From positions 4,702 through 68,701 of the forward strand of contig CAMDBP010000004.1 in assembly GCA_945889315.1 (NCBI GenBank): DNA of 64,000 bases, read 5' to 3'. The translations under genes and the position numbers were made by a program. The first letter of the stretch is position 1. Each line of letters begins with the position of its first letter. The stretch comes from Chitinophaga pinensis. GTDB lineage: Bacteria; Bacteroidota; Bacteroidia; NS11-12g; UBA9320. This document shows, piece by piece, positions 19,574 through 30,483 of this stretch. The notes beneath the pieces are model-generated. The model was not told where the DNA came from. It saw nothing but the letters and a program-made list of their open reading frames with translations, and did no database searches.

Positions 19574-20915
19574 GATTACAAAGCAGTCTTTAGCGGAGCT
19601 CATTGAGTTAATTAATGCTAAAAACCAGGAAGAACTTCTACCTGTATTGGAGAAGCTATATCCTCCCGACATTGCAGAGCTATTTGATGAATTAAGCCTC
19701 GAACAAGCCGTATATTTAGCTTCCTTGCTGGAACCACAAAAAAAAGTGGACGTCTTCACTGAACTAGATGACGAAAATAAGTTAACCTTTCTTAGAGGAT
19801 ACGAAACAGAAGACATAGCCAACACCTTTTTTGCGTACATGGACTCTGATGACGCAGCAGATATTCTTAACGCCATGGATACCCAAAAAGGCAAGGAAAT
19901 CTTACGAAAAATAGCCGACAAAGAACACAGTAAAAATATTGCGTCATTACTTAAATTCCCTGAGAATACGGCTGGATCCCTTATGGCCAAAGAGCTTATA
20001 AAAGTGCGTGAAAATTGGACGGTTAAGCAATGTACAGAGGAGATTAGAAAGCAAGCAGAGGAAGTTGATAATGTATACAGCGCCTATGTAGTAGACGAGT
20101 TTGATGAACTCATAGGCTGGATATCCTTGAAACGCATACTACTATCAAAAGAAAGCCAAAAAATTACGGCTATTTTTAATGACAATGTCATTAGCGAAAC
20201 TACATATACTTCGGGAGAAGAAGTTGCTGCTACCATGCAAAAATATGATCTGGTAGCATTACCTATTGTGGACGCCTTTAACAGACTTGTGGGTCGTGTA
20301 ACGTTTGATGACGTGCTAGATTACGTAAAAGACGAAGCAGAAAAGGATTACCAGATGCTTTCTGGGATCTCCGAAAGTGTGGAGAGTACAGACTCTGTAA
20401 TGCTAAATACAAGAGCCAGATTACCTTGGCTTATTGTTGGATTAGCTGGAGGTATAGCCAGTTCGTTAGTCATAGGAAATTTTGAAGCTGAATTAGCAAA
20501 AAATGTTCAATTAGCCCTTTTTATGCCACTTATTATGGCAATGGCGGGTAACGTTGGCGTACAATCTAGTTCTATCATGGTACAAGGACTTGCCAATAAC
20601 TCTATCACCAATAGTGGACTTTGGTCTAAACTCGCCAAAGAATTAGCCGTAGCACTTATTAATGGTTTAGTTTGTTCTGCCTTACTTATGGGTTATGGAT
20701 TTATTTCAGGGAATAATCATGAAATAATGATGACGGTAAGTTTGGCTTTAGTAGCGGTAATCTTACTGGCTGCCATTGTTGGCACAAGCGTTCCTTTAGC
20801 CTTAGATCGACTAAAAATTGATCCTGCTCTGGCCACAGGGCCATTTATTACAACGAGTAACGATCTGCTGGGGTTGCTCATGTATTTCCTTATTGGCTAT
20901 GCCATTCTAGGATAA
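19560..20915 (+). CDS. mgtE: magnesium transporter MgtE
   Basis: MgtE N-domain, tandem CBS region and a C-terminal five-helix channel domain (GNVGVQSS). Confidence 0.92.
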   Translation: MSLIEITKQSLAELIELINAKNQEELLPVLEKLYPPDIAELFDELSLEQAVYLASLLEPQKKVDVFTELDDENKLTFLRGYETEDIANTFFAYMDSDDAADILNAMDTQKGKEILRKIADKEHSKNIASLLKFPENTAGSLMAKELIKVRENWTVKQCTEEIRKQAEEVDNVYSAYVVDEFDELIGWISLKRILLSKESQKITAIFNDNVISETTYTSGEEVAATMQKYDLVALPIVDAFNRLVGRVTFDDVLDYVKDEAEKDYQMLSGISESVESTDSVMLNTRARLPWLIVGLAGGIASSLVIGNFEAELAKNVQLALFMPLIMAMAGNVGVQSSSIMVQGLANNSITNSGLWSKLAKELAVALINGLVCSALLMGYGFISGNNHEIMMTVSLALVAVILLAAIVGTSVPLALDRLKIDPALATGPFITTSNDLLGLLMYFLIGYAILG

Positions 20916-20928
20916 CCACTTTTTTGTT

Positions 20929-21942
20929 ATGAAAACACTTTCCTTTATTATTTTAGTTCTAACCACCAGCCTTGTTAATGGCCAGTATACTAATTTGGTA
21001 CTCGAAGGCGGAGGCATGAAAGGCTTGGCTTATGCCGGGGCTTTTGAAGTACTCGATAGCCTAGGTATTTCAGAAAATATAGGGAAAATAGCAGGCAGCA
21101 GTTCCGGCGCTATGAATGGATTAATGTTTGCCTTAGGATACACCGGAAAAGAGATAACATATATCAATTTAAATACCAATTTTGGTAAATATAATCAAGT
21201 TGGGATTCCGCTTATTGGTGGTCTAATCCGACTAAAAAAGACCTACGGCTTTTATAAACCAGACCGTTTTATAGAAGATTTAGGGAAAATAATGCAGGCT
21301 AAAGGGTATTCACCGGATCTTACTTTTGAGCAACTTTATCAAGCAAAAACAGAAGGAAAACCCGTAAAACTACTTTATATCGCGGGTTCAAACCTTACTG
21401 ATCAAAAGGCGGAAATATTTTGCTATGAAAATTATCCCAAAATGCGCTTGTTAGATGCTGTGCGCATAACGATTAGTATTCCCGTTTATTTTGAAGCTTC
21501 CTTTATGCAACCAGATGGTCATCTCATTGAAAAGAAAGATGCAGACAGCACCACCAAGGTCATGGTAGACGGAGGTATCCTAAACAACTATCCTTTTTTT
21601 GTCTTTGATACCCTTGTAACGTTAGATAATGACAACCACAGCTACTATAAATGCAATAGAAAAACACTAGGCATAAAACTAGAAACAGACGACTCTAAGG
21701 AAGAAATAGCCCCACATAGCATTGCAACAACTAAAGATTTCATGTCAGCTTCAGGACAAATTAGTCGTGAGTATCTAAATCGCAGACACCTTGGTGGTCA
21801 GCAAAAAGCACAAACTATCTTTATAAATACGCGCAACCTAAATCCAAAGGTTAGAAGAATTAAAAAATCGATTATTCAAGACGTAATGAATTACGGAAAA
21901 GATGCTACCATCGATTTTTTTAAATCTCAAGCGCTTTATTGA
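20929..21942 (+). CDS. secreted patatin-like phospholipase
   Basis: Signal peptide, GGGMKG oxyanion motif, GSSSG nucleophile elbow and VDGG catalytic Asp. Confidence 0.8.
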   Translation: MKTLSFIILVLTTSLVNGQYTNLVLEGGGMKGLAYAGAFEVLDSLGISENIGKIAGSSSGAMNGLMFALGYTGKEITYINLNTNFGKYNQVGIPLIGGLIRLKKTYGFYKPDRFIEDLGKIMQAKGYSPDLTFEQLYQAKTEGKPVKLLYIAGSNLTDQKAEIFCYENYPKMRLLDAVRITISIPVYFEASFMQPDGHLIEKKDADSTTKVMVDGGILNNYPFFVFDTLVTLDNDNHSYYKCNRKTLGIKLETDDSKEEIAPHSIATTKDFMSASGQISREYLNRRHLGGQQKAQTIFINTRNLNPKVRRIKKSIIQDVMNYGKDATIDFFKSQALY

Positions 21943-22025
21943 GCAACTTGTGAAATAATAGTCATTTCAAAGAAATAGTATCCCTAAGAAAGGCATTCGA
22001 TAATTTTGAGAAAGACAGGTCTAAA

Positions 22026-22352
22026 TTATTTTTTAACAGTCAGCTTTTTAGTCACTTTCTGACCATCAGCTGCTAAGGTGTAAAAATAAACGCCTTCTGG
22101 TATTTCAGTCACGTTAATAGTGTACGTGCCTGAGCGAGGAACTTTTTGTACGTAAATAACCTCTCCAAGTATATTAGAAAGTGTAATGGTAGCTTCAGAA
22201 TAATTAAACTCTACATCTACAAAAGTCCTTTCCTTAGCAGGATTAGGGTAATTCTGCCCTATCTTAGGTACATCATCTGCAAAGGCTAAAACCCCAGCAA
22301 GTAGTACCGTTAACGCTATGGAAACTAATCTCTTCATTTTAAGATAGTACAA
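22026..22352 (-). CDS. small T9SS type-A sorting-domain protein
   Basis: 108 aa. A signal peptide is followed almost only by a Por/T9SS C-terminal domain (NYPNP...GVYFYTL...KKLTVKK). Confidence 0.6.
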   Translation of the reverse strand: MYYLKMKRLVSIALTVLLAGVLAFADDVPKIGQNYPNPAKERTFVDVEFNYSEATITLSNILGEVIYVQKVPRSGTYTINVTEIPEGVYFYTLAADGQKVTKKLTVKK

Positions 22353-22444
22353 AAATACGCAAAATACAATCCTATTTAGCGTTTAACTAAATAAATATGT
22401 GTAAAAGCCCCAAATAGTGAATGGTATTTGAGACAATATATATA

Positions 22445-23470
22445 TCACACTTTTACTTTATAGCTCATCTCACCACGGTCTATTTCTAAGTTGGAAAAGA
22501 AATTGTTGCTAAACAGCGATCCAGTACCTAATCCATGATGCAAGGTTATGGGATACGTGCTCACCCATTGCGCTATTGCATTAAGTCCAACATTACCTTC
22601 TAATGCCGAAGTAGCCCACCATTTTACACTTGCTTTTTGAGCTTTATATATCCATTCATCTGCAACGGATACCCCTCCTATTAAATTTGGTTTCAGTATC
22701 AGGTACTGAGGCTGGATTTTTTGAAGCACTTTATTCCCATCTTGTTGTACATTTATACCAATAAGTTCCTCATCCAAAGCAATATCGACGGCTGACTCAC
22801 GGCACAATTTTCCGATATCATCCCATTGTCCTGCAGCGATGGGCTGCTCTATGCTGTGCAGTGTAAATCTGCTCAAGTCTTTGAGTTGCTGCATGGCTTC
22901 GTTGGGGTGAAAAGCGCCATTTGCATCCACTCGTATGGTAATTTTATCGGCCCCATATTCCATGCGTATTTTCTCGAGCATTCTGCATTCCGCATCAAAA
23001 TCCAATGCACCCACTTTAAACTTAATTACTGAAAATCCATCCTTAATTTTGGTAATTGCCTCATCGTACATTTCCTCAATCTCGTTCATCCAGATCAAAC
23101 CATTTATAGGCAGCGTCTTTTTACCATCTGTAAACGGTGTGCGATATATTCTTCCTTGCGCATCCGCTTTTAGATTAAGCAGCGCCGTTTCTATTCCAAA
23201 ACGAATACTTGGAAACGAATTTAAGTCAAGTGCATTAAGATCTCCAGCAACACAAAATTCCTCTAATTTTTGACGAAGTATTTTTTCATAATTGGTAACA
23301 TCATCAATGCTCAAGAGAGATAATGGAGCAGATTCTCCCACACCGCTTAAGCCTGTTTCTAGTTCTATTAACTCAATTAAAAAAATAGCACGATGCGTAA
23401 AAACATTACGCGATGTTTTGGCTGGCTTTACAAACGCTAAGGTATGCTGGGTTATAGTGAACGCATACAT
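22445..23470 (-). CDS. menC: o-succinylbenzoate synthase (enolase superfamily)
   Basis: Enolase-superfamily barrel with metal ligands (RVDANG, IEQP, LDEE). One nt separates it from menA. Confidence 0.72.
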   Translation of the reverse strand: MYAFTITQHTLAFVKPAKTSRNVFTHRAIFLIELIELETGLSGVGESAPLSLLSIDDVTNYEKILRQKLEEFCVAGDLNALDLNSFPSIRFGIETALLNLKADAQGRIYRTPFTDGKKTLPINGLIWMNEIEEMYDEAITKIKDGFSVIKFKVGALDFDAECRMLEKIRMEYGADKITIRVDANGAFHPNEAMQQLKDLSRFTLHSIEQPIAAGQWDDIGKLCRESAVDIALDEELIGINVQQDGNKVLQKIQPQYLILKPNLIGGVSVADEWIYKAQKASVKWWATSALEGNVGLNAIAQWVSTYPITLHHGLGTGSLFSNNFFSNLEIDRGEMSYKVKV

Positions 23471-23471
23471 A

Positions 23472-24371
23472 TTAATAAAAGAGTCTTATGACAAAAAGCA
23501 AAACAATCAATAAGCTTCCCAACGATAGAAGTTTTAATTGCTCATTATAATCACCTGCGATTTCAGCATTATATAATCTCCTGATATGCATAAAACCTAA
23601 AATCACCATAGCAATAGGCGCTAGACTTAGATAATATTCCGAAATATGGTGACCAGTAAAGCCTAAAAAAGCTATGGTCATTAATACGGATTGATAAACA
23701 AGAGCACCCTCCAATCCTAAATGAGCCGCTATGGTTATTTTATGAGTAAGTATATCCTTATCTAAATCTCTTATATTATTTACATTGAGAACACCTACGC
23801 AAAGAGCACCGTAGGCAATGGCTGGCAACCACAGTACAGCCGTTATTTCTTGCTTAAACAGATAAGCTGTTCCTAATACCCCAACTAAGCCGAAAAAAAT
23901 AAACACAAACACATCTCCCAAACCATGATAGCCATAGGCTCTTTTGCCCATAGTATATGAAACTGCAGCAATTATACTTGCCGTTCCTAGGCCTAAAAAT
24001 TTAATCCAATTCACCCAATCGCTTCCAAACGATATGTATAATAAATAAGTTCCTGAAGCAAAAGAAAGTACCGCAAAAACAATTATCGCAGTAAGCATGG
24101 CTTTAGGCGTAATTTGACCACTTGATAATTGGCGGTCGGCACGGTGTTTATCCGTTCCTCGCCTAAAATCCCCGTAATCATTAGCTAAGTTACTCAATAT
24201 TTGGAGTAAAATAGCTGTAAGCGAAGCCATTAGAAAAATATTTAATTCGAATTCTAGCGTATAATCTTGCGTACTATCATGCAATCTGCTACCTAAAATA
24301 ATTGCCCCAAGAGCAAGAGGTAGTGTTTTAAGACGAAAAGCTGCGATCCATGCATTCATTATTAACGACAA
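23472..24371 (-). CDS. menA: 1,4-dihydroxy-2-naphthoate polyprenyltransferase
   Basis: UbiA-family polytopic membrane protein with an NDYGDF motif. 299 aa. Confidence 0.88.
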   Translation of the reverse strand: MSLIMNAWIAAFRLKTLPLALGAIILGSRLHDSTQDYTLEFELNIFLMASLTAILLQILSNLANDYGDFRRGTDKHRADRQLSSGQITPKAMLTAIIVFAVLSFASGTYLLYISFGSDWVNWIKFLGLGTASIIAAVSYTMGKRAYGYHGLGDVFVFIFFGLVGVLGTAYLFKQEITAVLWLPAIAYGALCVGVLNVNNIRDLDKDILTHKITIAAHLGLEGALVYQSVLMTIAFLGFTGHHISEYYLSLAPIAMVILGFMHIRRLYNAEIAGDYNEQLKLLSLGSLLIVLLFVIRLFY

Positions 24372-24448
24372 AGGTAATGTGCTAAAAATTGAAACTGTGA
24401 TGCTTTTTATCTTTCGTTAGTTCTATGCACTAAAAAGGATACGGCTAC

Positions 24449-26686
24449 TTACCTCACCCACAGATTATTACTCACATCCGTATCCGCCGTTTCTAGATTT
24501 GGATCAAGAGTTATTTTATTTACTGCTTTATTGGTTATTAGCACCTTGCTAACCGTTTCAGTTAATCGCTCGTTTTGCATTTTCCAGATTTCTGCAGGAA
24601 TTCGTATTTCTTCTGTTGTACCGTCTGCGTACTCCAATTTAAAGATAACGGGCATTACCAATCCGCCTATCATTTTCAAATCTACTTGGTAAAAATAATT
24701 GCTTTCATTTAAGAATTCTTTACGGGTATCCGTGATATTATTTTTCGCCATTTCATAAGCTTTAGCAGGATATTCTGCATTGGCTATGCTTTGTAATATT
24801 GGGTCAAACTGGCCTACTTTGATTTGCGCTTCTACCATTTTCTTTGCTTTATCTTTTGATGTACCCGCTTTTGGTTGGTTAAATTTCACCGTAAACTCTT
24901 TGACATCAGTTACCGCAACATCGCAATGGTCATTGGTATAAAACCATCCCCTCCAAAACCAATCTAAATCTACCGCACTGGCATCTTCCATGGTTCTGAA
25001 TAAGTCTGCAGGACTTGGGTGTTTAAACATCCATCTGTTGGCATACGTCTTAAATGCATAATCAAAAAGCTCAGGTCCCATTACCGTCTCACGCAAAATG
25101 TTTAATGCTGTACATGGCTTTCCATAAGCATTATTTCCAAACTGATGAATACTTTCAGAATTAGTCATAATGGGTGAGATGTAACGTTTGTCCCCACCCA
25201 TATAAGGTACTATATTTTTGGCAGGTCCTCGTTGACTCGGAAACGGTTTCCCTGTTTCGTCGGTCCAAGCGCGCTCAGTTTGATACTGTAAGAAGGTATT
25301 TAAACCTTCATCCATCCAAGTCCATTGACGTTCATCTGAATTAATAATCATTGGGAAGTAATTGTGACCTACTTCGTGAATAATCACCAAGATTGTTCTG
25401 TACTTATTCTCATCACTAAACTTGCCTTCCGCGTCTGTTCTTCCTCCGTTAAAACAGATCATAGGGTACTCCATTCCAATACTTTTTCCATTGATAGAAT
25501 ACGCTACTGGATAAGGGTAATCAAACGTATACTTAGAATAGGTTTCCAACGTTAAAACAATCGCTTTGGTGCTGTACATTTCCCACATAGGATTTCCTTC
25601 TTTCGGGTAAAGCGACATGGCCAATACGGTTCTATCTCCAAACTTCACTCCTTGAGCATCCCAGATAAACTTGCGGCTGGCACACCATCCATAGTCACGC
25701 ACATTTTCTGCCTTAAAATGCCATGTTTTCGTTTCTAAAGAGTGCGTTTTTTCGTTGGCCATGGCCTCTTCTTGCGTCACAACAACAAGTGGCTTATCGC
25801 TGGTTTTAGCTTGCTCCAATCTAGCCATTTGAGCGGCGGTCAATACATCGCTCATGTTCTGAATTTCTCCTGTACCTCCTACTATCATATCGCTAGGTAC
25901 GGTGAGTTTTACATCATAATTACCAAAAGGTAGCGTAAACTCGCCTCTGCCTAAAAATTGTTTGTTTTGCCATCCTGTAACGTCACTATAAACCGCCATT
26001 CTTGGGAAAAACTGGGCGATAGTATACAAGTAATTATTTTCTTCCTTAAAATACTCGTAACCACTTCTACCACCTATTTCCATTCGGTCGTTTATATTAT
26101 ACCACCACTTGATATTTAATTTTACAGATTCTCCTGCCTTTAGAGTCTTTTTAAGGTTGACACGCATCATGGTGTGATTCACCTTTACTTCGTAATCGTT
26201 GCCGTTAGCATCTTTCACATAATCGATATTAAACCCTCCTGGGAAATTATGAAACATATTAAAATACTCATACAAGCTTACCCCATTTTTGAGATCACCT
26301 TCCTCAATTTGATTGGACATAGACGTAATACTTCGCTCGTTTTGGTCTAGCTGTATCCATACGTATTGCAATTCATCAGGTGATGCATTATTGTAGGTGA
26401 TTTCCTCTGTTCCATATACGCGTTGGTTTTCGTCATCTAAGCGAATATCCATTGTGTAATCCGCAGTATTTTGCCAGTACTGGTGTCCAGGGGCTCCACT
26501 CGCTGTGCGATAAACATTGGGGGTAGGCAACTCGTTATCCAATTGACGGAATTTGTTCTGATCCGTTGCATTTTGGTAACTTGGTTCAGCAACGACTACT
26601 TTTGTTTTTTTATTAGAATGTTGCGCTAACGTGTTGAGGCTAAAAAAAGTGCACGCTGCTGCGAGTAGTATAATAATCTTCTTCAT
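24449..26686 (-). CDS. M1-family (gluzincin) metallopeptidase, secreted
   Basis: HEVGHNYF followed 18 residues later by E in WMDEGLN (HExxH-x18-E). ATG at 26686 gives signal peptide MKKIIILLAAACTFFSLNTLAQ. Confidence 0.85.
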   Translation of the reverse strand: MKKIIILLAAACTFFSLNTLAQHSNKKTKVVVAEPSYQNATDQNKFRQLDNELPTPNVYRTASGAPGHQYWQNTADYTMDIRLDDENQRVYGTEEITYNNASPDELQYVWIQLDQNERSITSMSNQIEEGDLKNGVSLYEYFNMFHNFPGGFNIDYVKDANGNDYEVKVNHTMMRVNLKKTLKAGESVKLNIKWWYNINDRMEIGGRSGYEYFKEENNYLYTIAQFFPRMAVYSDVTGWQNKQFLGRGEFTLPFGNYDVKLTVPSDMIVGGTGEIQNMSDVLTAAQMARLEQAKTSDKPLVVVTQEEAMANEKTHSLETKTWHFKAENVRDYGWCASRKFIWDAQGVKFGDRTVLAMSLYPKEGNPMWEMYSTKAIVLTLETYSKYTFDYPYPVAYSINGKSIGMEYPMICFNGGRTDAEGKFSDENKYRTILVIIHEVGHNYFPMIINSDERQWTWMDEGLNTFLQYQTERAWTDETGKPFPSQRGPAKNIVPYMGGDKRYISPIMTNSESIHQFGNNAYGKPCTALNILRETVMGPELFDYAFKTYANRWMFKHPSPADLFRTMEDASAVDLDWFWRGWFYTNDHCDVAVTDVKEFTVKFNQPKAGTSKDKAKKMVEAQIKVGQFDPILQSIANAEYPAKAYEMAKNNITDTRKEFLNESNYFYQVDLKMIGGLVMPVIFKLEYADGTTEEIRIPAEIWKMQNERLTETVSKVLITNKAVNKITLDPNLETADTDVSNNLWVR

Positions 26687-26843
26687 TATAAAGAAGCAAA
26701 GAAAAGGAAAAGAACACATATTCTGAGGATAAAAATAGATGCTAAGTCAACATGATCAAGAAACACATTTCACCTACATGGGTTTTGCCAAATGTATCTT
26801 AGTGATTCGGTCATATTTCTATTTCTTTGCACATACCTAGTTC

Positions 26844-27809
26844 ATGAAAAAATACCTGATTATTTCTTTAGTATTCATCTCGGCCTGCGTATCCACACAG
26901 CAAATATCTTGGAAAACAGGAGTATCTGAAGCTGCCATTAAGATACCTGATGGTGCACAAACCATTACCGTGCTTGACAGAGTACAGATTCAATATCACT
27001 ATAACAATACAGACAGTAAGGTCCTAAACCCCAATGTTTATGACATTCAATATGGGGCATTAAATGGGTTTAGAAGCAGTATAAGGAGTAAAGCATACTT
27101 AACTCTACAAACCAGTATTCAAAAATTTAAACATGTTGCCAATGGCGAATTCCCTTCTGCGCTGAACATGTCAGAGCTAACTCAACTAGCCTCGGGAAGC
27201 GACATAGTTGTCTCACTTGAGATGTTAGACCAAGAAATAAGAGATAGTTACACCCTAGAAATACGTAGAGAAAGTTTGGGGAACAATACCTATAAAGAAG
27301 TAGACTATTACGTAGGCAAACGAAACATTACCCTGAAACTAGGATGGCGATTGTACGATTGTAAAACAGGAGAACAACTAGACGAGTGGGTTCAAGAAGA
27401 AAATTATTTTTATGAAGCAGAATCGCGAGAGCGAATACGCACTACTAGTATTCTTGAAGCTAACTACCGAACAGAACTGACCAAGATAGGCAATAGACAT
27501 GGTGCAAATTACGCTTCTCGTGTGTCGCCAACTGCTCAACTAATATTCACCAATATTTATGCAAATGGAAACGACTACTTAGTAAGAGGTGCCTCCTTAG
27601 CTCGAATAAATAATTGGGATGACGCAGAAACACTTTGGATTAGAGGCACACAAACCGAGAATAAACCGAAGAAATTAGCAATGCTTTTTCATAATCTAGC
27701 TATAAACGAAGTACGAAAAGGTGACCAAAAACAAGCGGAAGAATATGCAGACCGAGCAGCTAAACTGCATCCATTAGGCGTTAATACGCAGAACGAAATC
27801 GGAAAATAA
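26844..27809 (+). CDS. lipoprotein with C-terminal TPR-like helix pair, unknown function
   Basis: Lipobox LVFISAC. The C-terminus (NWDDAETLW...LFHNLAINEVRKGDQKQAEEYADRAAKL) is TPR-like. Confidence 0.5.
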   Translation: MKKYLIISLVFISACVSTQQISWKTGVSEAAIKIPDGAQTITVLDRVQIQYHYNNTDSKVLNPNVYDIQYGALNGFRSSIRSKAYLTLQTSIQKFKHVANGEFPSALNMSELTQLASGSDIVVSLEMLDQEIRDSYTLEIRRESLGNNTYKEVDYYVGKRNITLKLGWRLYDCKTGEQLDEWVQEENYFYEAESRERIRTTSILEANYRTELTKIGNRHGANYASRVSPTAQLIFTNIYANGNDYLVRGASLARINNWDDAETLWIRGTQTENKPKKLAMLFHNLAINEVRKGDQKQAEEYADRAAKLHPLGVNTQNEIGK

Positions 27810-27855
27810 ATTGATATTTTAGTTAAAATCGGCATTTCCAACCTTGTCCGACACC

Positions 27856-27893
27856 AAACGAGGGAGTATGAATTGAATCACACTCCCTCGTTT
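27856..27893. terminator. bidirectional hairpin between convergent genes
   Basis: AAACGAGGGAGT (27856-27867) is perfectly complementary to ACTCCCTCGTTT (27882-27893). This gives a 12-bp stem and a 14-nt loop. Confidence 0.55.
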
Positions 27894-27919
27894 ATAGTAA
27901 AGATTAGTTGATTTTTGAC

Positions 27920-29200
27920 TTACGCCATACCACCGAGCCCAACTCTGTGGCTAGCATCACCGGTATCTACTAAATCTGTTAAGCTCATTTCTAGCGCTTT
28001 GCGACTTAAACCTGTCATCCTTGGATTGAATTGGTGTAACCTTCTCATTTGATTACCAATAATTTCAGATGCGTCTTTTAAGATAGCTACATCGTCTACT
28101 TCACCTTTTTCACTCATTAAGAATGCAAAGGTTCTAGCCATACCGCAATTGGCGATAAAGTCAGGGACCACAGCCATATTTGCATCAGCGTACATTGATA
28201 TTTCGCCCATAAAGATTTCTAGGTCAGCAAACGGAACATTCGCACCGCAGCTTATTACCTCACACTGCCCATCAATAAGGCGTGTTACTTGTTCTTTGGT
28301 TACCAGTCTACTTGCTGCTCCAGGAACAAAAATTTCAGCACCTAAATCCCAGATTTGTGCACTTACCTCTTCAAAACTTTGGAAACCTTCCGTATTTGAA
28401 TTTAATTTATTGCCATCGCGGTTATTAAACATGGCTATGATTTCATCCAGACCATAACCTGTTTTATTGATTAATCCACCGTCACGGTCGATAATTCCCA
28501 CGATTTTTACACCGTGTTTTGCTAGATAAAATGCAGCAGCAGCACTCACATTTCCCCATCCTTGAATGATAGCCGTTTTGTGATTCATTGTGCCGCCCCA
28601 AAGTTCATAATAATGTCTTACCCCTTCACTTACACCCCAACCTGTAATCATATCGGCTATCGTATATTTCTTAATTACATCAGGAGTAAATCGCTCATCA
28701 ACAATAGGTAACAAAACACCACTTTGAAGTCTTGTAATCGCTTGAAGTTTTTCTACTTTGCTGTAGTTTTTATAATACCCATTTACTACTCCTTCTTGAG
28801 GATGCAAAACACCAAGTTCTGCAGTCATAGGAATTACTTCATGTATTTCGTCTACGTTTAGGTCTCCACCAGTACCATAGTAGTTGCGCAACATTGGAGC
28901 TACTGCTGCATACCATCTTTTAAGCACGCCTTCCTTACGCGGATCTGCAGGATCAAAATTAATACCCGACTTTGCACCTCCAATAGGAGGCCCTGCCACG
29001 GTAAACTTTACTTCCATGGTTTTAGCAAGCGACTCCACTTCGCGTTTATCTAAACCCTTACGCATCCGTGTGCCGCCACCGGCAGCGCCGTTTCTAAGAG
29101 AGTTAATTACTACCCATCCTTCCGCTTCTGTTTCTGAGTCTTTCCACTCAAAAACGATTTCAGGGTGCTTATTTTCAAATTTTTTTAATAAATTTTCCAT
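27920..29200 (-). CDS. Glu/Leu/Phe/Val-family amino-acid dehydrogenase (glutamate dehydrogenase-like)
   Basis: GGAKSGI catalytic-Lys region, GWGNVSAAAA Rossmann motif. 426 aa. Confidence 0.85.
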   Translation of the reverse strand: MENLLKKFENKHPEIVFEWKDSETEAEGWVVINSLRNGAAGGGTRMRKGLDKREVESLAKTMEVKFTVAGPPIGGAKSGINFDPADPRKEGVLKRWYAAVAPMLRNYYGTGGDLNVDEIHEVIPMTAELGVLHPQEGVVNGYYKNYSKVEKLQAITRLQSGVLLPIVDERFTPDVIKKYTIADMITGWGVSEGVRHYYELWGGTMNHKTAIIQGWGNVSAAAAFYLAKHGVKIVGIIDRDGGLINKTGYGLDEIIAMFNNRDGNKLNSNTEGFQSFEEVSAQIWDLGAEIFVPGAASRLVTKEQVTRLIDGQCEVISCGANVPFADLEIFMGEISMYADANMAVVPDFIANCGMARTFAFLMSEKGEVDDVAILKDASEIIGNQMRRLHQFNPRMTGLSRKALEMSLTDLVDTGDASHRVGLGGMA

Positions 29201-30291
29201 TATAATAGTTTAGAGAAATCTCCATAAAGGCTTCCAGATACTGAACTTTTTGTTGCTCCGGTAGCCACGTTAAATACATTTACTTTATTCTGCACGCGTA
29301 AAATTCCGAGCAAGGCAAATGCTAATGCTTCTTTAAAATCCACTATTGCATCATTTGGAACAATTACTTCTGCATCGGTATGACTGCGTATATGTGATAT
29401 CAATGCTTTATTAAATGCCCCTCCTCCAGTAATGTATACCTTTTTGCCACTGGAATCGCCGCTGCTTAAGTCATCTATACTTTGACCTATTTGCTGAGCT
29501 ATATGATCAACAAGCGTTTTCATTTTGTCTTCTTTGCTTGCTTCGCTGCTTCGTACTCTATCCCAAAAATGGGTACTTATCCATTCTCTACCCAGAGATT
29601 TAGGAGGCTCATCGCTGTAGTATTCTACACTATTTAGCTCTTCCAGTAACTCATAATCTATAAGTCCACGTTCTGCTATTTCGCCATCTTTATCAAATTC
29701 TTGATCAAATTCTCGCGCGATTCTGTTTAGTACAATATTGCAAGGCCCTACATCATAAGCTACTCTGCTTCCATTGATATCTGCACTAATATTAGCAAAG
29801 CCACCTAAGTTCAAGCACATATCATATTCCCCAAATAGCATTTGATCTGCCACCCCTACCAGAGGAGCGCCTTCGCCTCCCAAAATAACATCTAAAGCGC
29901 GAAAATTAGTCACCGTAGGAATACCTGTAAATGCATATATACTATTTCCGTCACCTATTTGAACCGTAAGATTATTTTCAGGTTGATGAAAAACAGTATG
30001 CCCGTGAGAAGCAATAAGATCTGCTTTCAAGTCATTTTCGGCTAAAAACGATTGGATACCTTCGCCAATAAACTGTCCGTAGAATCTATCCGTTTTGTGA
30101 AATACCAACGAATTTTGATGACGTAGTTTAGAAAGTCTAAGTCTCCATTTTTCTCCATAGGTTATGGTTGTTGCCGCATTTATGGAATAATTCCATTTAC
30201 CCTCGCTTAATTCTTCAAGAGTTACATGAGCGATATCTAACCCATCCATAGACGTACCGCTCATTACGCCTACTACATTATATTTTCTCAT
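29200..30291 (-). CDS. anmK: anhydro-N-acetylmuramic acid kinase
   Basis: GVMSGTSMDGLDIA N-terminus, ASKHA-fold motifs and TGGGAFN. Its stop overlaps the downstream start by 1 nt. Confidence 0.88.
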   Translation of the reverse strand: MRKYNVVGVMSGTSMDGLDIAHVTLEELSEGKWNYSINAATTITYGEKWRLRLSKLRHQNSLVFHKTDRFYGQFIGEGIQSFLAENDLKADLIASHGHTVFHQPENNLTVQIGDGNSIYAFTGIPTVTNFRALDVILGGEGAPLVGVADQMLFGEYDMCLNLGGFANISADINGSRVAYDVGPCNIVLNRIAREFDQEFDKDGEIAERGLIDYELLEELNSVEYYSDEPPKSLGREWISTHFWDRVRSSEASKEDKMKTLVDHIAQQIGQSIDDLSSGDSSGKKVYITGGGAFNKALISHIRSHTDAEVIVPNDAIVDFKEALAFALLGILRVQNKVNVFNVATGATKSSVSGSLYGDFSKLL

Positions 30292-30467
30292 TTTCTCTAA
30301 AACTTTAATTTTAAGTGTTTGATTTTATAAAATCCCTCCCCTCTAATACTACATTAGATTTCGAACACAAAAGTAGAATTAATTGGCACATCTGCAAAGC
30401 CCAATTAACGCTGGTTGATTAAATACTTGATTACGTACATTAAAATCAATTATACAGGCAAAACACA

Positions 30468-30475
30468 TAATTTTG
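30468..30475 (+). promoter_or_regulatory. candidate -7 promoter box (TAATTTTG)
   Basis: Exact TAnnTTTG match, 9 nt upstream of the ATG at 30484. This supports that start over the 30415 track start. Confidence 0.35.
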
Positions 30476-30483
30476 TTCAACCA

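Noticed and set aside
20929-21942. Patatin-like phospholipase as a possible CBASS or other defence effector
   Set aside because: It has a secretion signal and no cyclase, sensor or other defence partner nearby. The neighbours are mgtE and a T9SS cargo gene. It is more likely a secreted lipase.
29198-29202. 1-nt overlap coupling anmK to the Glu/Leu/Phe/Val dehydrogenase as a functional link
   Set aside because: The overlap is real, but compact co-directional packing of unrelated housekeeping genes is common. I have no basis for a functional connection.
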